A DNA stretch of 64,000 nucleotides from Prasinococcaceae sp. CCMP 1430. Its lineage: Eukaryota; Plantae; Prasinodermophyta. The stretch's first letter is position 1, and every line of letters begins with the position of its first letter. This document shows, piece by piece, positions 52,601 through 63,290 of the stretch. The notes beneath the pieces are model-generated. The model made no database searches. It was not told where the DNA came from and worked only from the letters and a program-made list of their open reading frames with translations. The position numbers were made by a program, and so were the translations under genes. Location of the stretch: positions 781,397-845,396 of the forward strand of contig RQSC01000032.1 in the NCBI GenBank assembly GCA_013416795.1, in the 5' to 3' direction.

Positions 52601-53051
52601 AGCTCGGCAGTGTGCGCGCGGCACTACTGGCGGCGCACGCGCCATCGCAGAACACGCTTCAGCCGGCGTACGACGGCGCCGCTCCCCGTCGCCCTTGCTG
52701 CCGCCACGAACCATCAATGAAGGCTGTGCCCTCGGTGGCGGCGCACATGAGGCACACGCGACTTCTTCAGAATCATGCACGCGACGACAACGAGTGTTGG
52801 CTTCGACTATGAGGCCGCCGAACACGCATACACGCAGCGGCGGCACACCGACAGAGCGCCTTCCTCGGACACACCACCCCCCTCACGAACACCTAACACG
52901 ACCGATCGACATCCACAAAGCCCCTTTCCCTGAACGAACTACGTGAGACATGCAATGAACTCTTCTTGATGTATGTGTAAGATCCCTAGAGAAATGGACA
53001 GACTCAAAGCAGGTGCCTTTTTATGTAAATTGCGTGGCGTCCGCTCACTCG

Positions 53052-54326
53052 TCAGTCGCCGCCGCCGCCGTTGGCAGCGGCGGTGCAGGCGGCTATGATT
53101 TCCGCCTTGGAGGCGTTGGCTGCAAGCGTCACCGCCGGAACGATGCTCCTGCTGTCAAGCTGTGACTCCTCCTTAGCGGCCTCCTTGGCAGTCTGCATGT
53201 CCTCGAACGCGCCGTACTTGCCCCAGCATTTGGCGTGACCGCCGATTGCGGCTTCGAGCGCCGGCCCCGTGTCCTCGCCCTCGATGTCCACCTCGATGAG
53301 CGGCCGACCGTAGCGTGCCGCCAGCTCGCGCACGCGATCCGCATGCGCGTCCATATAGTCCACAAGGGCGGCCTGCAGCTCGTTGCGCTCAAGCCGCCAG
53401 GCACCGCGGGCGTCGGCACGGGAGACCGCTGCGCTATGAGCGCTGTCGAAGGCAGGCGCATCCTGCGTGCACATGCGTAGACGCGTGAGCATACCGCCGC
53501 GCCAGTTGCGGGCGCTCTCGACCCAGTGCTCAGCAGGCCGACGGTTCAGCACGAACGTCGCCGTCGGGTAGTCGAGCATCAGGCGCTCGAGGTGCGAGCT
53601 CTGCGGCAAGAAGCAGTCGGGCGGAGTGGGCAAGTCGAAGCCGGCGTAGGCCTGGTGCGGTGGAATGCAGTCGAAGAGCGGGCGACCCGCCCGTGCACAG
53701 GCATGCGTGGCCATTCCCGCGTGCCCGCGGCCGTTCTTCTCTCCGTACACGCTGAAGACTAGCTCGGCCAGGGCCTGGTCGGTGCCGTTACGCACCTCCT
53801 CGAGCCAGGTGCTGGCGCCCACTCCCGAGTAGGCGCTCGACAGGCCAGAGCATCTGAAGTAGCGGTGGAGTGATGCGGTGCCACTCTTGGGCATGCCCAC
53901 CACTATCAGCGGTAACGAAACCTTAATGGTGTGGGCGGGGGAGGGCTCCTCCTCCTTCATGTCGGCGGCAAGTGCCGTCGACGTGTCATTGGCAAGCTCG
54001 TTCGCGGCTGGCGCCGTCTCGTTCGCCGCCGCCTTGCCGTTGTCCTCGCTGGTGGCGTTCACGGTGCTGCCCATGTGGCCGCTTGGTGCGATCCCGCTGG
54101 CATTGCTAGGGGCGAGCGCTGCCTCGGGCTCCTTGTCCGGCACGAAGTTGTAGGTGCGCACGGTGTTAGAGTAGCTAGAGGTGTAGTTCGTCCCCCTCAG
54201 CGGCGGGCCGGAAGTCCGACCTTTCATGTGCGTCCATGGCACTGCGTCCACCGCGACGCGGCCGGCGGGCGCCATCGCCATCGCCACCACCACCGCGGCG
54301 GCCGTCACGAGGGCGCCCTTCCCCAT
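53052..54326 (-). CDS. Secreted/type II membrane P-loop sulfotransferase-like protein
   Basis: Hydrophobic N-terminus; LIVVGMPKSGTASLHRYF (5'-PSB-like); FVLNRRP..WVES (3'-PB-like). ATG at 54326. Confidence 0.7.
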   Translation of the reverse strand: MGKGALVTAAAVVVAMAMAPAGRVAVDAVPWTHMKGRTSGPPLRGTNYTSSYSNTVRTYNFVPDKEPEAALAPSNASGIAPSGHMGSTVNATSEDNGKAAANETAPAANELANDTSTALAADMKEEEPSPAHTIKVSLPLIVVGMPKSGTASLHRYFRCSGLSSAYSGVGASTWLEEVRNGTDQALAELVFSVYGEKNGRGHAGMATHACARAGRPLFDCIPPHQAYAGFDLPTPPDCFLPQSSHLERLMLDYPTATFVLNRRPAEHWVESARNWRGGMLTRLRMCTQDAPAFDSAHSAAVSRADARGAWRLERNELQAALVDYMDAHADRVRELAARYGRPLIEVDIEGEDTGPALEAAIGGHAKCWGKYGAFEDMQTAKEAAKEESQLDSRSIVPAVTLAANASKAEIIAACTAAANGGGGD

Positions 54327-54903
54327 CGCGCGGGCTGCCCGGCGCCTGTGAGGTAATCGCCACGCGCCCGCCCGCCCGCTCGCCACTTGCACCACGCCGC
54401 ACGACGCTCACGATCCGACGCTCCCGCTCGCTCGGGTCGGACGGGCGCGCGCACCGCGCCGACTGGAAGTAGCTGCGCTCCACCGAGCCCTCGCCGACGC
54501 CCCCTCCCCCGCCCTTCCAGTTCGAGCCAGAGGAGCGCGCTTTCTCCCGCGCCCGCCGCGCCGCGGAGGACGTGTGGCGGCGGCGGCTGCGCCCGCTCGC
54601 CCGCCACCCCCCTTCGGGCGCGCGCCCCCGCGGCGCGCTGTCTCATCATCAGCGCACTCAGCGGCGCCCGCGCGCGCGCGCGTTCAATGAGCGCAAATCA
54701 ATTGAAATCATTCACTTTAAACCCAAACACAAATCACTAAACCTAAACCAAAAACAATTATCGAAATGAATATCTTTCGCATCGCATAGAAACCCTGAAA
54801 GGCACGCAGAGGCGTGGCGGCGGCGCGTGAAGCGTGCAATGAGCTGCTGCCGCGGCGCAAGGCATTGAATGATCATGAGGGAATGCTGACCTGGCGCTCA
54901 TCA

Positions 54904-55130
54904 GTGTGTGTGTGCGTGCGTGTGTGCGTGCGCGTGTGTGTGTGCGTGCGTGCGTGCGTGCGCGCGCGCGTGTGTGTGTGTGTGCGTGTGTGTGTGTGTG
55001 TGTGTTTTCGTGTGTGTGTGTGTGTTTTCGTGTGTGTGTGTGTGTGTGTGCATGTGTGTGTGTGTGTGTGTGTGCATGTGCATGTGTGCATGTGCATGTG
55101 TGTGTGTGTGTGTGTGTGTGTGTCTGCGTG
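54904..55130. repeat. Imperfect (GT)n microsatellite with GC and GCAT interruptions
   Basis: About 225 bp of alternating purine-pyrimidine sequence downstream of the DLD-like stop. Confidence 0.97.
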
Positions 55131-55225
55131 TACGCTCGTGCGCACGCAGCACGCGCCTGAGCTGCACACGGCGCCCCTCCCCCCGCCCCCCCCGTAGCGC
55201 GAGTGCGATACTGTACACACTAGTC

Positions 55226-56780
55226 TTACAGCGCCTCGCCGTAGGCGTGGGGCACGTGCCTCGACCCCAGCTTGAACGGGTTGAAGATGTCCTCGGGGTC
55301 CAGCGCGGCCTTGATGGCGCGCATCGCCTCGACGGCGACCGCGCCCGTCTCGGACTCGAGGTGCTTGAGCTTGCCGCAGCCGAGGCCGTGCTCGCCGGTG
55401 ACGGTCCCGCCCAGCGCGATCGCGCGGGCGACCAGGCGCGCGTTGGCCGCCTCGACGCGCGCGACGTCCGCGGCGTCCTCGCGGTCGACCAGGAGGATGA
55501 AGTGGGCGTTGCCATCCGTGGCGTGCGCCATGAGCGGCGCGCTGATGCCGCTTTCCTCCAGCTCCTTCGCCGTCTCGCCCACGTACTCGGCGAGGCGCGA
55601 GATGGGCACGCACGCGTCCGTCGGCCAGCCGACCTTGCCCGGCGCGGCCGCGAGCGCGGCCCAGTATGCCGTGTGCCGCGCGTGCCACAGCGCGCGCCGC
55701 TCGGCCGCGTCGACCGCGAAGGCGAAGCCGCCGCCGCCGCAGGCCTCGATGAGCTCGCGGGCGCCCGTCGCGAGCCGCGCGACGGCGTCGTCGTCCTCGC
55801 CCTGCCACTCCAGAAAGAGGCTGGCGGGCGCTTCGTCGTACGCGGTGTGCGAGTACGCATTGACCGCCGCGACGGCGCGCGCGTCCAGCAGCTCACAGCG
55901 CGCGAGCGGGGCGCCGCTCTGCGCGAGCGCCGCCGCCACGCCGCCGCCGCGTCGCACGCGTCGGCGAGCGAGGCGAAGCTGGCGCGAGCGGCCGCCTCGG
56001 CGGCGGGGCGCGGTCGCAGGCGCAGCGTGAGCTCGGTGATGAGCCCCAGCGTCCCCTCGCTGCCGACGAGCAAGGACTTGAGGTCGAGCCCTGCGCTCGA
56101 CTTGCGCGCGAGGCCGCCGGTGCGCAAAATTTCACCCGAGGGGAGCACGGCCTCGAGGCCAAGCACGTTCTCGCGCATCGTGCCGTGGGCGAACGCCGTC
56201 GTGCCGCTCGCGCGCGTGGCAGCCATGCCACCGACGGAGGCGTCGGCGCCTGGGTCGACGCTGAAGTGCAGCCCCGTGTCGCGAAGGTGGTCGTTGAGCG
56301 CGCGTCGGCGCACGCCGGCCTGGGCGACGCACGCCATGTCCTCGGCGCACACGTCGACCACGGCGTCGAGCGCGCTCGTGTCGATGCTGAGGCCACCTGC
56401 GAGCGCGTGCACGTGACCCTCGAGGCTCGTCCCCGCGCCGAAGGGCACCACCGGCACGCGCAGCGCACGCGCCACGCGCACCGCCTCCGCAGCCTGGGCG
56501 GTCGACGCGGGGGTCGCCACGACGTGCGGTGCGTGCCGCCGCCGCGAGGCGTCCGCCCCCGCCATGGCGGCGGACGCGCAAGCGCGGCGACCGCCGGGCG
56601 TGCCCGCGCAGCGCACGGCGGAGCTCCCGTGCTCGCGCGAGCTCCTCCTCAGGGTGGCTGTGTACGTTGCGCGTGTGCCCACAGCAACCCGCCGCCGGTG
56701 CGGCTGCTGGCGGAGCCGCTGCGCCCGCCCGCGGCTCTGCCCTGGCGTCCGCCGCCCCGTTCGCAGCAGCCGACGCCACG
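55226..56780 (-). CDS. FAD-linked oxidase, D-lactate dehydrogenase (cytochrome)-like, with two apparent frameshifts and unresolved start
   Basis: VVPFGAGTSLEGH, VDPGADASVGGMAATRASGT, RKSSAGLDL..LVGSEGTLG, HATDGNAH, TGEHGLG..K, IFNPFKL. Frame changes at about 56556-56560 and 55940-55950. Confidence 0.85.
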
Positions 56781-56899
56781 ATTGCGGGAGGCGGCTACGC
56801 GCATGCAGCAGTGGCTGAGTGCCCCGCGGCTGACTCGCGCCGTCTCCTTCGCGCGTGTCCCCGTTCCTCCATCGCCCCCGCGTGGCGCCCATGTAGCGA

Positions 56900-57257
56900 G
56901 CCATCAGAGTTGGCGCCGGCCACAGCCGCCGAGCTCGAGGCGCTCGCGGAGCTGGCAATGCTGGCCGCGTACGGCACGCTGGGCGCCACGCGCAGGTGTG
57001 CGCTTCGGGCGCTGCGCGCAGACACGCTAGCCGTCAGCGTGCCCCCGAGCAGCAGGCGCGGCGCGGAGCCCCGCTGCGGCAGCGGCAGCGGCCGAGCGGT
57101 GCGCCCACACGAGGCGCACAACGCCGCCATTGCCGCGCTCACCGCGTATGGCGGCGAGCGCGGCGGCGCCGCTGTGCGCGTGCGCGTCGAGCGCACCGCT
57201 GCATTTGCCGTGGCGCTGCCATCGCTCGCACACGCTGATGAAGCGTGCTGGGGATGA
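56900..57257 (+). CDS. Possible RNase P/MRP Rpp14/Pop5-family-like small protein; start unclear
   Basis: ELEALAELAMLAAYGTLGA and AAIAALTAYGG..VRVERTAAFAVAL loosely parallel human Rpp14 FKQLLISAVKDLFGEVDA and FRVIQVSPFLLAL, recalled from memory. Confidence 0.35.
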
Positions 57258-57489
57258 GGCGGGCGCGCGCGTGCGGCGGTGGACGGCGGGCAATAATACA
57301 AGATCGTGGACATGTACGGCTCTGTCTCCTCCCTCGGGCGCGCGCCCTGCGGTGCGCGGCTGCGTGCGCATCGCGCGGCGGTCACGACAATAGCAATGCC
57401 AAGGTGTTTACTGCCTACACGCAGCCGGCACACAGACTGACAGAATGGCATGTCCCTGCATGCTCCGGGGAAAAAGTGTGCGTGTGTGT

Positions 57490-57595
57490 CTACTTGCCAA
57501 TGTTGTCCACGAGCGTGTCCACGACCGACGGGTCCGCCAGAGTCGAGGTGTCGCCCAGCTGGTCGAGCTCGTTTGAGGCAATCTTGCGCAGCACG

Positions 57596-57631
<36 letters not shown>

Positions 57632-59520
57632 CCCGGGGCCCAGTGGATGGTGTCGGGGCCCGCGAAGGGGCCGATCTGCGAGCGCGGCATTCCGCGCAGC
57701 TCCATGCGCAGCTCGTCGCTGGGCTCCTCGCCATCCATGAGCGTCACGTAGGCGTAGATGGCCTGGCCCTTCACGGGGTGCTCCACGCCCACGACCGCGG
57801 CCTCGGCGCACTTCGGGTGCAGCACGAGCGCGCTCTCCACCTCGGCGGTGCCAATGCGGTGGCCAGACACGTTGATGACGTCGTCCACACGGCCGGTGAT
57901 CCACAGGTTGCCGTCGGCGTCGCGGCGCGCGCCATCGCCCGAGAAGTAGTAGCCCTTGCAGGGCGCGAAGTAGGTGGTCTCATAGCGCTCGTGGTCGCCG
58001 TACACCGTGCGCATGGCCGAGGGCCACGAGCCCTTCATGCACAGCAGGCCCTCGGCCTCGCCCTCGACCTCGTTGCCCTTCTCGTCGATGAGCACCGGGT
58101 TGGCGCCGAAGAATGGCGAGCGCGCCGCGCCGGGCAGCTGCGGCCCAACGCCTGGCAGCGGCGTGAGCATGTGCCCGGCGGTCTCGGTCTGCCACCAGGT
58201 GTCCACGATCGGGCAGCGCTTGTCGCCGACGACCTCGTAGTACCAGCGCCACGCCTCGGGGTTGATGGGCTCGCCGACGGTGCCCAGCACGCGCAGGCTC
58301 TCGCGCTTGGAGCGCGTGACGAAGTCGTCGCCCATGCTCATGAGCGAGCGGATGGCCGTCGGCGCCGTGTAGAACGCGCTGACGTTGTACTTGTCGATGA
58401 CGTCCCAGCACCGGCCCGCGTCGGGGTAGCTGGGCACGCCCTCGAAGACCACCTGGCTGGCGCCGTTGAACATGGGGCCGTACGCCAGGTACGAGTGGCC
58501 CGTGATCCAGCCGCAGTCGGCCGTGCACCAGAACACGCCCTCCTTCTGCTGCTGCTCGTTCCAGTCGAAGACGTATTTGAAGGTGGTGGCCGTGTACACC
58601 ATGTAGCCGCCGGTGGTGTGCAGCACGCCCTTGGGCTTGCCCGTCGAGCCCGAGGTGTAGAGCAGGAACGAGGGGTGCTCCGAATCAACCCACTCCACCT
58701 CGCTCTCCTCGGGCTGCGCCGCGACGGCCTCCTGCCACCATGCGTCGCGCCCCTCCACGAAGCCCGCGTCGGCGCGCGCCATCGCGCGCTCGTTGTCGTA
58801 GCACAGGCAGTGCCCCACGGGCTTGCCCTCCTTCTCGCAGATCTCCATGGCCGCGTCGGCGATGCTCTTGAGGCCGATGGACTTGGGCCCGCGCTTGACC
58901 CCCGTGCAGGTGAGCAGCACGTTGGCCTCGGAGTCGATGATGCGGCTGGCGAGCGCCTCGGCGGAGAAGCCGCCGAAGACCACGCTGTGAACAGCGCCGA
59001 TGCGCGCGCACGCCAGCATGGCGATGGGCAGCTCGCAGATCATGGGCAGGTAGATCACCACGCGGTCGCCCTTCTTGACGCCCACCGAGCGCAGGTGGTT
59101 GGCCAGGCGGGACACGGCGACCTGCACCTCGGCGTAGGTGAACTTCATGTCCTCGTCCACGTCGTTGCCCTCCCAGAAGAAGGCCACCTTGTCGCCGTTG
59201 CCGGCCTCGACGTGGCGGTCGACGGCGTTGTAGCAGAGGTTGGTCTCACCGCCCTCGAACCACTTGATGTCGATGGGCCCCTTGGTGACGTCCATGTTGT
59301 TGTCCGGGCAGCACACCGACGCGGGCTTCTTGTGCCAGTAGAACTCGTCGGCGATGCGCCCCCAGAAGGCGTCCGGGTCGTCGATGGACTCGCGCCACAT
59401 GGCCTCGTACTCCTCCTTCGATCCCACCAGCGCCGTCTCGGCGAACCCCTCGGGCATGGCCACGTAGTCGTGCGCCGCCGCCGCGACCTCGCTGCTCGTC
59501 GCCGCGCGCGCCGTGCACGC
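57490..59520 (-). CDS. ACS: Acetyl-CoA synthetase (AMP-forming)
   Basis: WFEGGETNLCYNAVDRH, LLYTSGSTGKPKG, IVDTWWQTET, YFSGDGARRD, GRVDDVINVSGHR, LPKTRSGKIMRR. N-terminus ambiguous near the gap. Confidence 0.96.
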
Positions 59521-59523
59521 TTG

Positions 59524-59653
59524 CCTACTTCGCAGGCCCCGTCTGGAAGCCCCACTGAATCCCCGACGACGACACCCACCAACGTGCTGCCCCCAGGCGA
59601 GAGCTGCAACGGTGGCTGCGGCGTGCAGCGCCCTTCGGGCTGTTGGTGTGACG
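59524..59653 (+). other. Short fragment encoding a Pro/Thr/Ser stalk plus somatomedin-B-like Cys motif, next to gap
   Basis: PTSQAPSGSPTESPTTTPT..ESCNGGCGVQRPSGCWCD then N. Antisense to the open 5' frame of ACS. Confidence 0.45.
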
Positions 59654-59654
59654 N

Positions 59655-60063
59655 AGGCGTCACCGGCCACGCCGAGGCGGTACAGGTCGTGTACGACCCG
59701 GCCGAGTGCACTTACGAGGACCTGCTGGACGCGTTCTTCCACAACATCGACCCCACGACGAAAGACAGACAGTTCGTGGACGCTGGCACGCAATATCGCT
59801 CCGCAATTTTCTACCAGGGCGATGGCCAGAGGGACGCCGCGCTCGCCGCTATCTCCAAGCTCGACGCCGCTGGCGTGTTCGGCGCTCCTATCGTCACTGA
59901 AGTCGTTGCGGCCACGCCGTTCTATGCTGCAGAAAACTATCACCAAAATTACTACGTGACGCACAAGCAGCGCTACGGCGTGTACCGTTCGCTCTCTGGC
60001 CGCGACGAGTACATCCAGCAGACATGGGGCGTCGACTATTGGCAGAAGCATCACCACGACTAG
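59655..60063 (+). CDS. msrA: Peptide methionine sulfoxide reductase A, 3' part (catalytic N-terminus lost in gap)
   Basis: TGHAEAVQVVYDP, DPT...QF.D.GTQYRSAIFY, FYAAENYHQNYY. TGTAA at about 60088. Confidence 0.92.
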
Positions 60064-60133
60064 AGAGAGGTTTTCTTGCGTGCGTGGTGTAATGTACAGG
60101 TCGCTCTCTCATCTGGGCCTGACCAGAGCCGCC

Positions 60134-61352
60134 ATGAAGTGGCCCTGGCCTCCAGTGACCAGCCAAGCGCGCGCGCTCGCGTCGGCGGCCGCGGCCGCCG
60201 TGCCGCGGCTGACGTACTACTCGGCGTGGTTCTGCCCGTACGCGCACCGCGCGACCATCGCGCTGTCGTACCACGAGCGGAGCGTGAAGAGCGACTGGGT
60301 GGAGTCACTTGGCTGGGAGCGGAGGCCGACCGAGGACGCAAACACGCGTGCGCAGGGCGGCGAGCCGGCGCATGAGAACTGGTACCACTGGAAGAGCCCG
60401 GGTGAGCCCTCACCCTTCCCCTCCCCACCCCTCCCGCCCCGCGCGCGTGCGCGAGCCGCCGCCGCCGCCGTCAGCGCTCGCGCCTGCATCCGCAAAACGA
60501 AGCGCAGGCTCGCAACGCTGACACGCGGGCCCGCACGCGCACGCGACCCGCGGCATTCGCCACGCAGATTTGCTCAAGGCCAATCCGGAGGGCCTCATTC
60601 CCACGCTCGTCGACGAGAAGGGACGCGCCGTGCACGAGAGCCTGGTGACCATCGAATATGTCGACGAGCTCGCCGCGCGTAGCGGCGACCCCGCAGAGCG
60701 CGCGACGCCGCTGCTTCCGACCGACCCGGCCGAGCGCGCGCGCTGCCGGCTGGCAATGGACTGGGTCAACAGAAAGCTCTGCTCGCCGTACTACACAATG
60801 CTGGTGCGCACGGACCCGGGCGAGCGGCGCGCGGCCTTTGACACGCTCCTCGAGGACATCGCGACCTTCAGTCGGGACCGCCAAGGCACTTTCTACTGCG
60901 GAGACACCCTCTCCGCCCCAGACGTTGCGTTCCTCCCGTGGGCGTCGCGCTTTTACATCCTGGAGCACTACCGCAACTTCGTCATCCCCGACGAAGGCGA
61001 CCTCAAGGGCTACCACGAGTGGCTGCGCGCCGCGCTCGCGCTGCCCGAGGTCGCTCGCACAATGCCTGATCGCGCGCGCTATCTCGAGCACATCGGTCGC
61101 TACGCCGACGCGTCGGCGAGGTCCAAGGTGAGCCCCGACGCGCTCGCGCCCAGTTGCCCTCCGTGCTCGAGTACGAGCGCGAATTGGCGAGCTGTCTGCC
61201 GACTCGATCGCGGGACTGACACACGCGCCTGCGCATTTCCCCCCCGCCCTCCCTTTCCGCGTGCCTCCCGCTGGCCCCCTCGCCGCGCCCGCCAGGTGGC
61301 CAATGCCGTGCGCTCCGGCCGTGCGGCGCACGACCTGCAGCGCGACGACTGA
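60134..61352 (+). CDS. Omega-class-like (Cys-type) glutathione S-transferase, 3 exons (60134-60401, 60568-61127, 61296-61352)
   Basis: YSAWFCPYAHR, NPEGLIPTL, HESLVTIEYVDE, GDTLSAPDVAFLPW. Confidence 0.9.
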
Positions 61353-61586
61353 AGCTCGATGCGGAGGAGCGCGCCGCTCGAGCCGTGCGCGCCTAGGGAC
61401 GTGTGCCGGCTCCAGCCCAGGCGCGAGGCCGCGCATAACGCTTCTAAATAATTTGGAGTAACTGTGTCAAACGCGGCAGCAGTGGCAGCGCCCTGCGCCC
61501 CGCCCGCAGTCGCCCCTGCCACAGTGCGCCCGCGGCGCGCTGCCGCAGCGCGCGGTTGGCCCGCGGCAAGCGGCGCTCGCGCGACG

Positions 61587-63146
61587 ATGGCCGGCGGCGA
61601 CAACGCGCGCAACGGGCAGGCGAGGGCGCACGAGTACGCGCGTGCAGCCGCGGCCGACGCGGCCGCGGCCGCGGAGGCTGCGGCGCTGGCGCTGGAGGGG
61701 CTCACTGGCGTGCACTCATCGACCGCTGCGCAGCCAGTTGCGTGCAAGCCCGCGCCGGCGGGCAGCGGCAGCGACGCGAAGGTGAGCGCAGCTTGTCGCT
61801 ACACGATGCGCCCGCGCTCGCGCGGGCGCCTTCAGCCCGGGCCGCCCACTGACGGTAGCTCACGCGCTCGTGCCTACCTTGCCTCTGTCCTGCGCGCGGC
61901 TGCGGCCATCTGCCCTGTCCGGCCCGAGCGCAGTGGGACCGGTCGTCCGAGGGCAATCCGGAGCTCAAGGCCATTCTCGAGCGCGTCGCCATCAACGGCG
62001 AGGTCATGGCGGCCGTCTCAAACAAGGCCCTCATCACGGAGGATGGGAAGTACGGCATGCTCGAAACGTTTGTCACCAACGTGAAGCGAGCGGGCGTCAC
62101 CAACTTCGTCCTGATCGCGCTGGACGATCACACGCACAACGCCATGAAGGCGATAGGTGTCGAGTCGTGGCGCGCGCACACTGAGACGCTGCTCAAGGTG
62201 CGCACGCGCACCGCTGGGCGCGCCGTGATCCCCTTACCCCGCCTTCCTCTCTGCGCGTGCTTGGCCGCTGACGTTGCCGTCCCGCTGACCCCACGCACGC
62301 TGCGGTGCGCCCCCGCCCGCGACCTGCCCCGCGCAGGATCGCGAGGCCTCCAATCACGGCATCTCGGGCCTCAAGTTTCAATTCATCCGACAGTTCCTGC
62401 TGCTCGGGTACAGCGTGCTTCTCTCAGACGTGGACATCGTCACTCTGCAAAATCCCTTCCAGTTCTTGCACCGCGACACCGACGTTGAGGCGCTCAGCGA
62501 CGGCTTCGACGACCGCACGGCCTACGGCTGGAACGACGGCATCGATGACCCCTCCATGGGATGGGCGAGATACGTGGCCACCATGCGCATCTACGTCATG
62601 AACTCGGGACTGGTGCGTGCGCCTCTCGCCGCTTCGCCCTGCGCGCGCGTGGCGCGTGCACACGCGGCTGCCGCTTCGCATGGAGTGCACGCGCGGGCGG
62701 CGCCCGCCTGGTCGCGCCTGGCGTGCACCCCTGTGCGCTGACGCGCCTGTCCACGCGACCTGCCCCGCCAGTTCTACGTGCGCCCGAGCGAGCGCACGGT
62801 GCACCTCATGGACCGCTGCACGGAGCAGCTCGCAACCAAGGGCGGCTGGGATCAGGTGGTGTTCAACGAGATGATCTTCTACCCGTCGCATGGTAAGTTC
62901 CAGGGCACGCACATCTCGACGCGCATCATGGACATCCACGACTTTGTCAACTCGAAGACGCTCTTCAAGTACATGCGCAAGGACCAGCGCTGGAGGAATC
63001 ACAAGCCGGTCATGGTCCACGTCAACTATCACCCAGACAAGTGGGATCGCATGAAGGCGATCGTCAAGCGCTACGTCGACGGCGACACGACCGCGCTCAA
63101 CAAGTTCCCCAACGGGTCATGTCCCAACGACGCGCCCAAGTGCTAA
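61587..63146 (+). CDS. GT77 nucleotide-diphospho-sugar transferase, RRA-type arabinosyltransferase-like, multi-exon
   Basis: [21 protein letters not shown] (DxD), [15 protein letters not shown]|[19 protein letters not shown]. No clear signal anchor in the called first exon. Confidence 0.88.
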
Positions 63147-63290
63147 TCACAAGGGGCCTGCCCAATGCGACCCCACTGCCACGAACCCCTTTCTTCCCCA
63201 TACCGCGCGTGAGGCAGGGCCCGCCCACGTGCATCATTAATGTGACATCTTAGTGTACAACCCACTGGGGGCAGCGGTCGCGATGGCGGT

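Noticed and set aside
54700-54800. Telomere-like AAACCC(T)AAA motifs (also about 13600, 20793, 25044)
   Set aside because: Isolated degenerate copies in promoter-like DNA, consistent with ordinary telobox-type elements rather than telomeric arrays or rearrangement scars.
59655-60133. MsrA as a second selenoprotein
   Set aside because: The catalytic N-terminus is lost in the gap and the 70-bp 3' region shows no SECIS-like structure; cannot be supported.
61464-61790. Missing signal anchor in the GT77/RRA-like protein as a soluble variant
   Set aside because: The first exon is uncertain and several 5' ends in this assembly are damaged, so the absence is not reliable.
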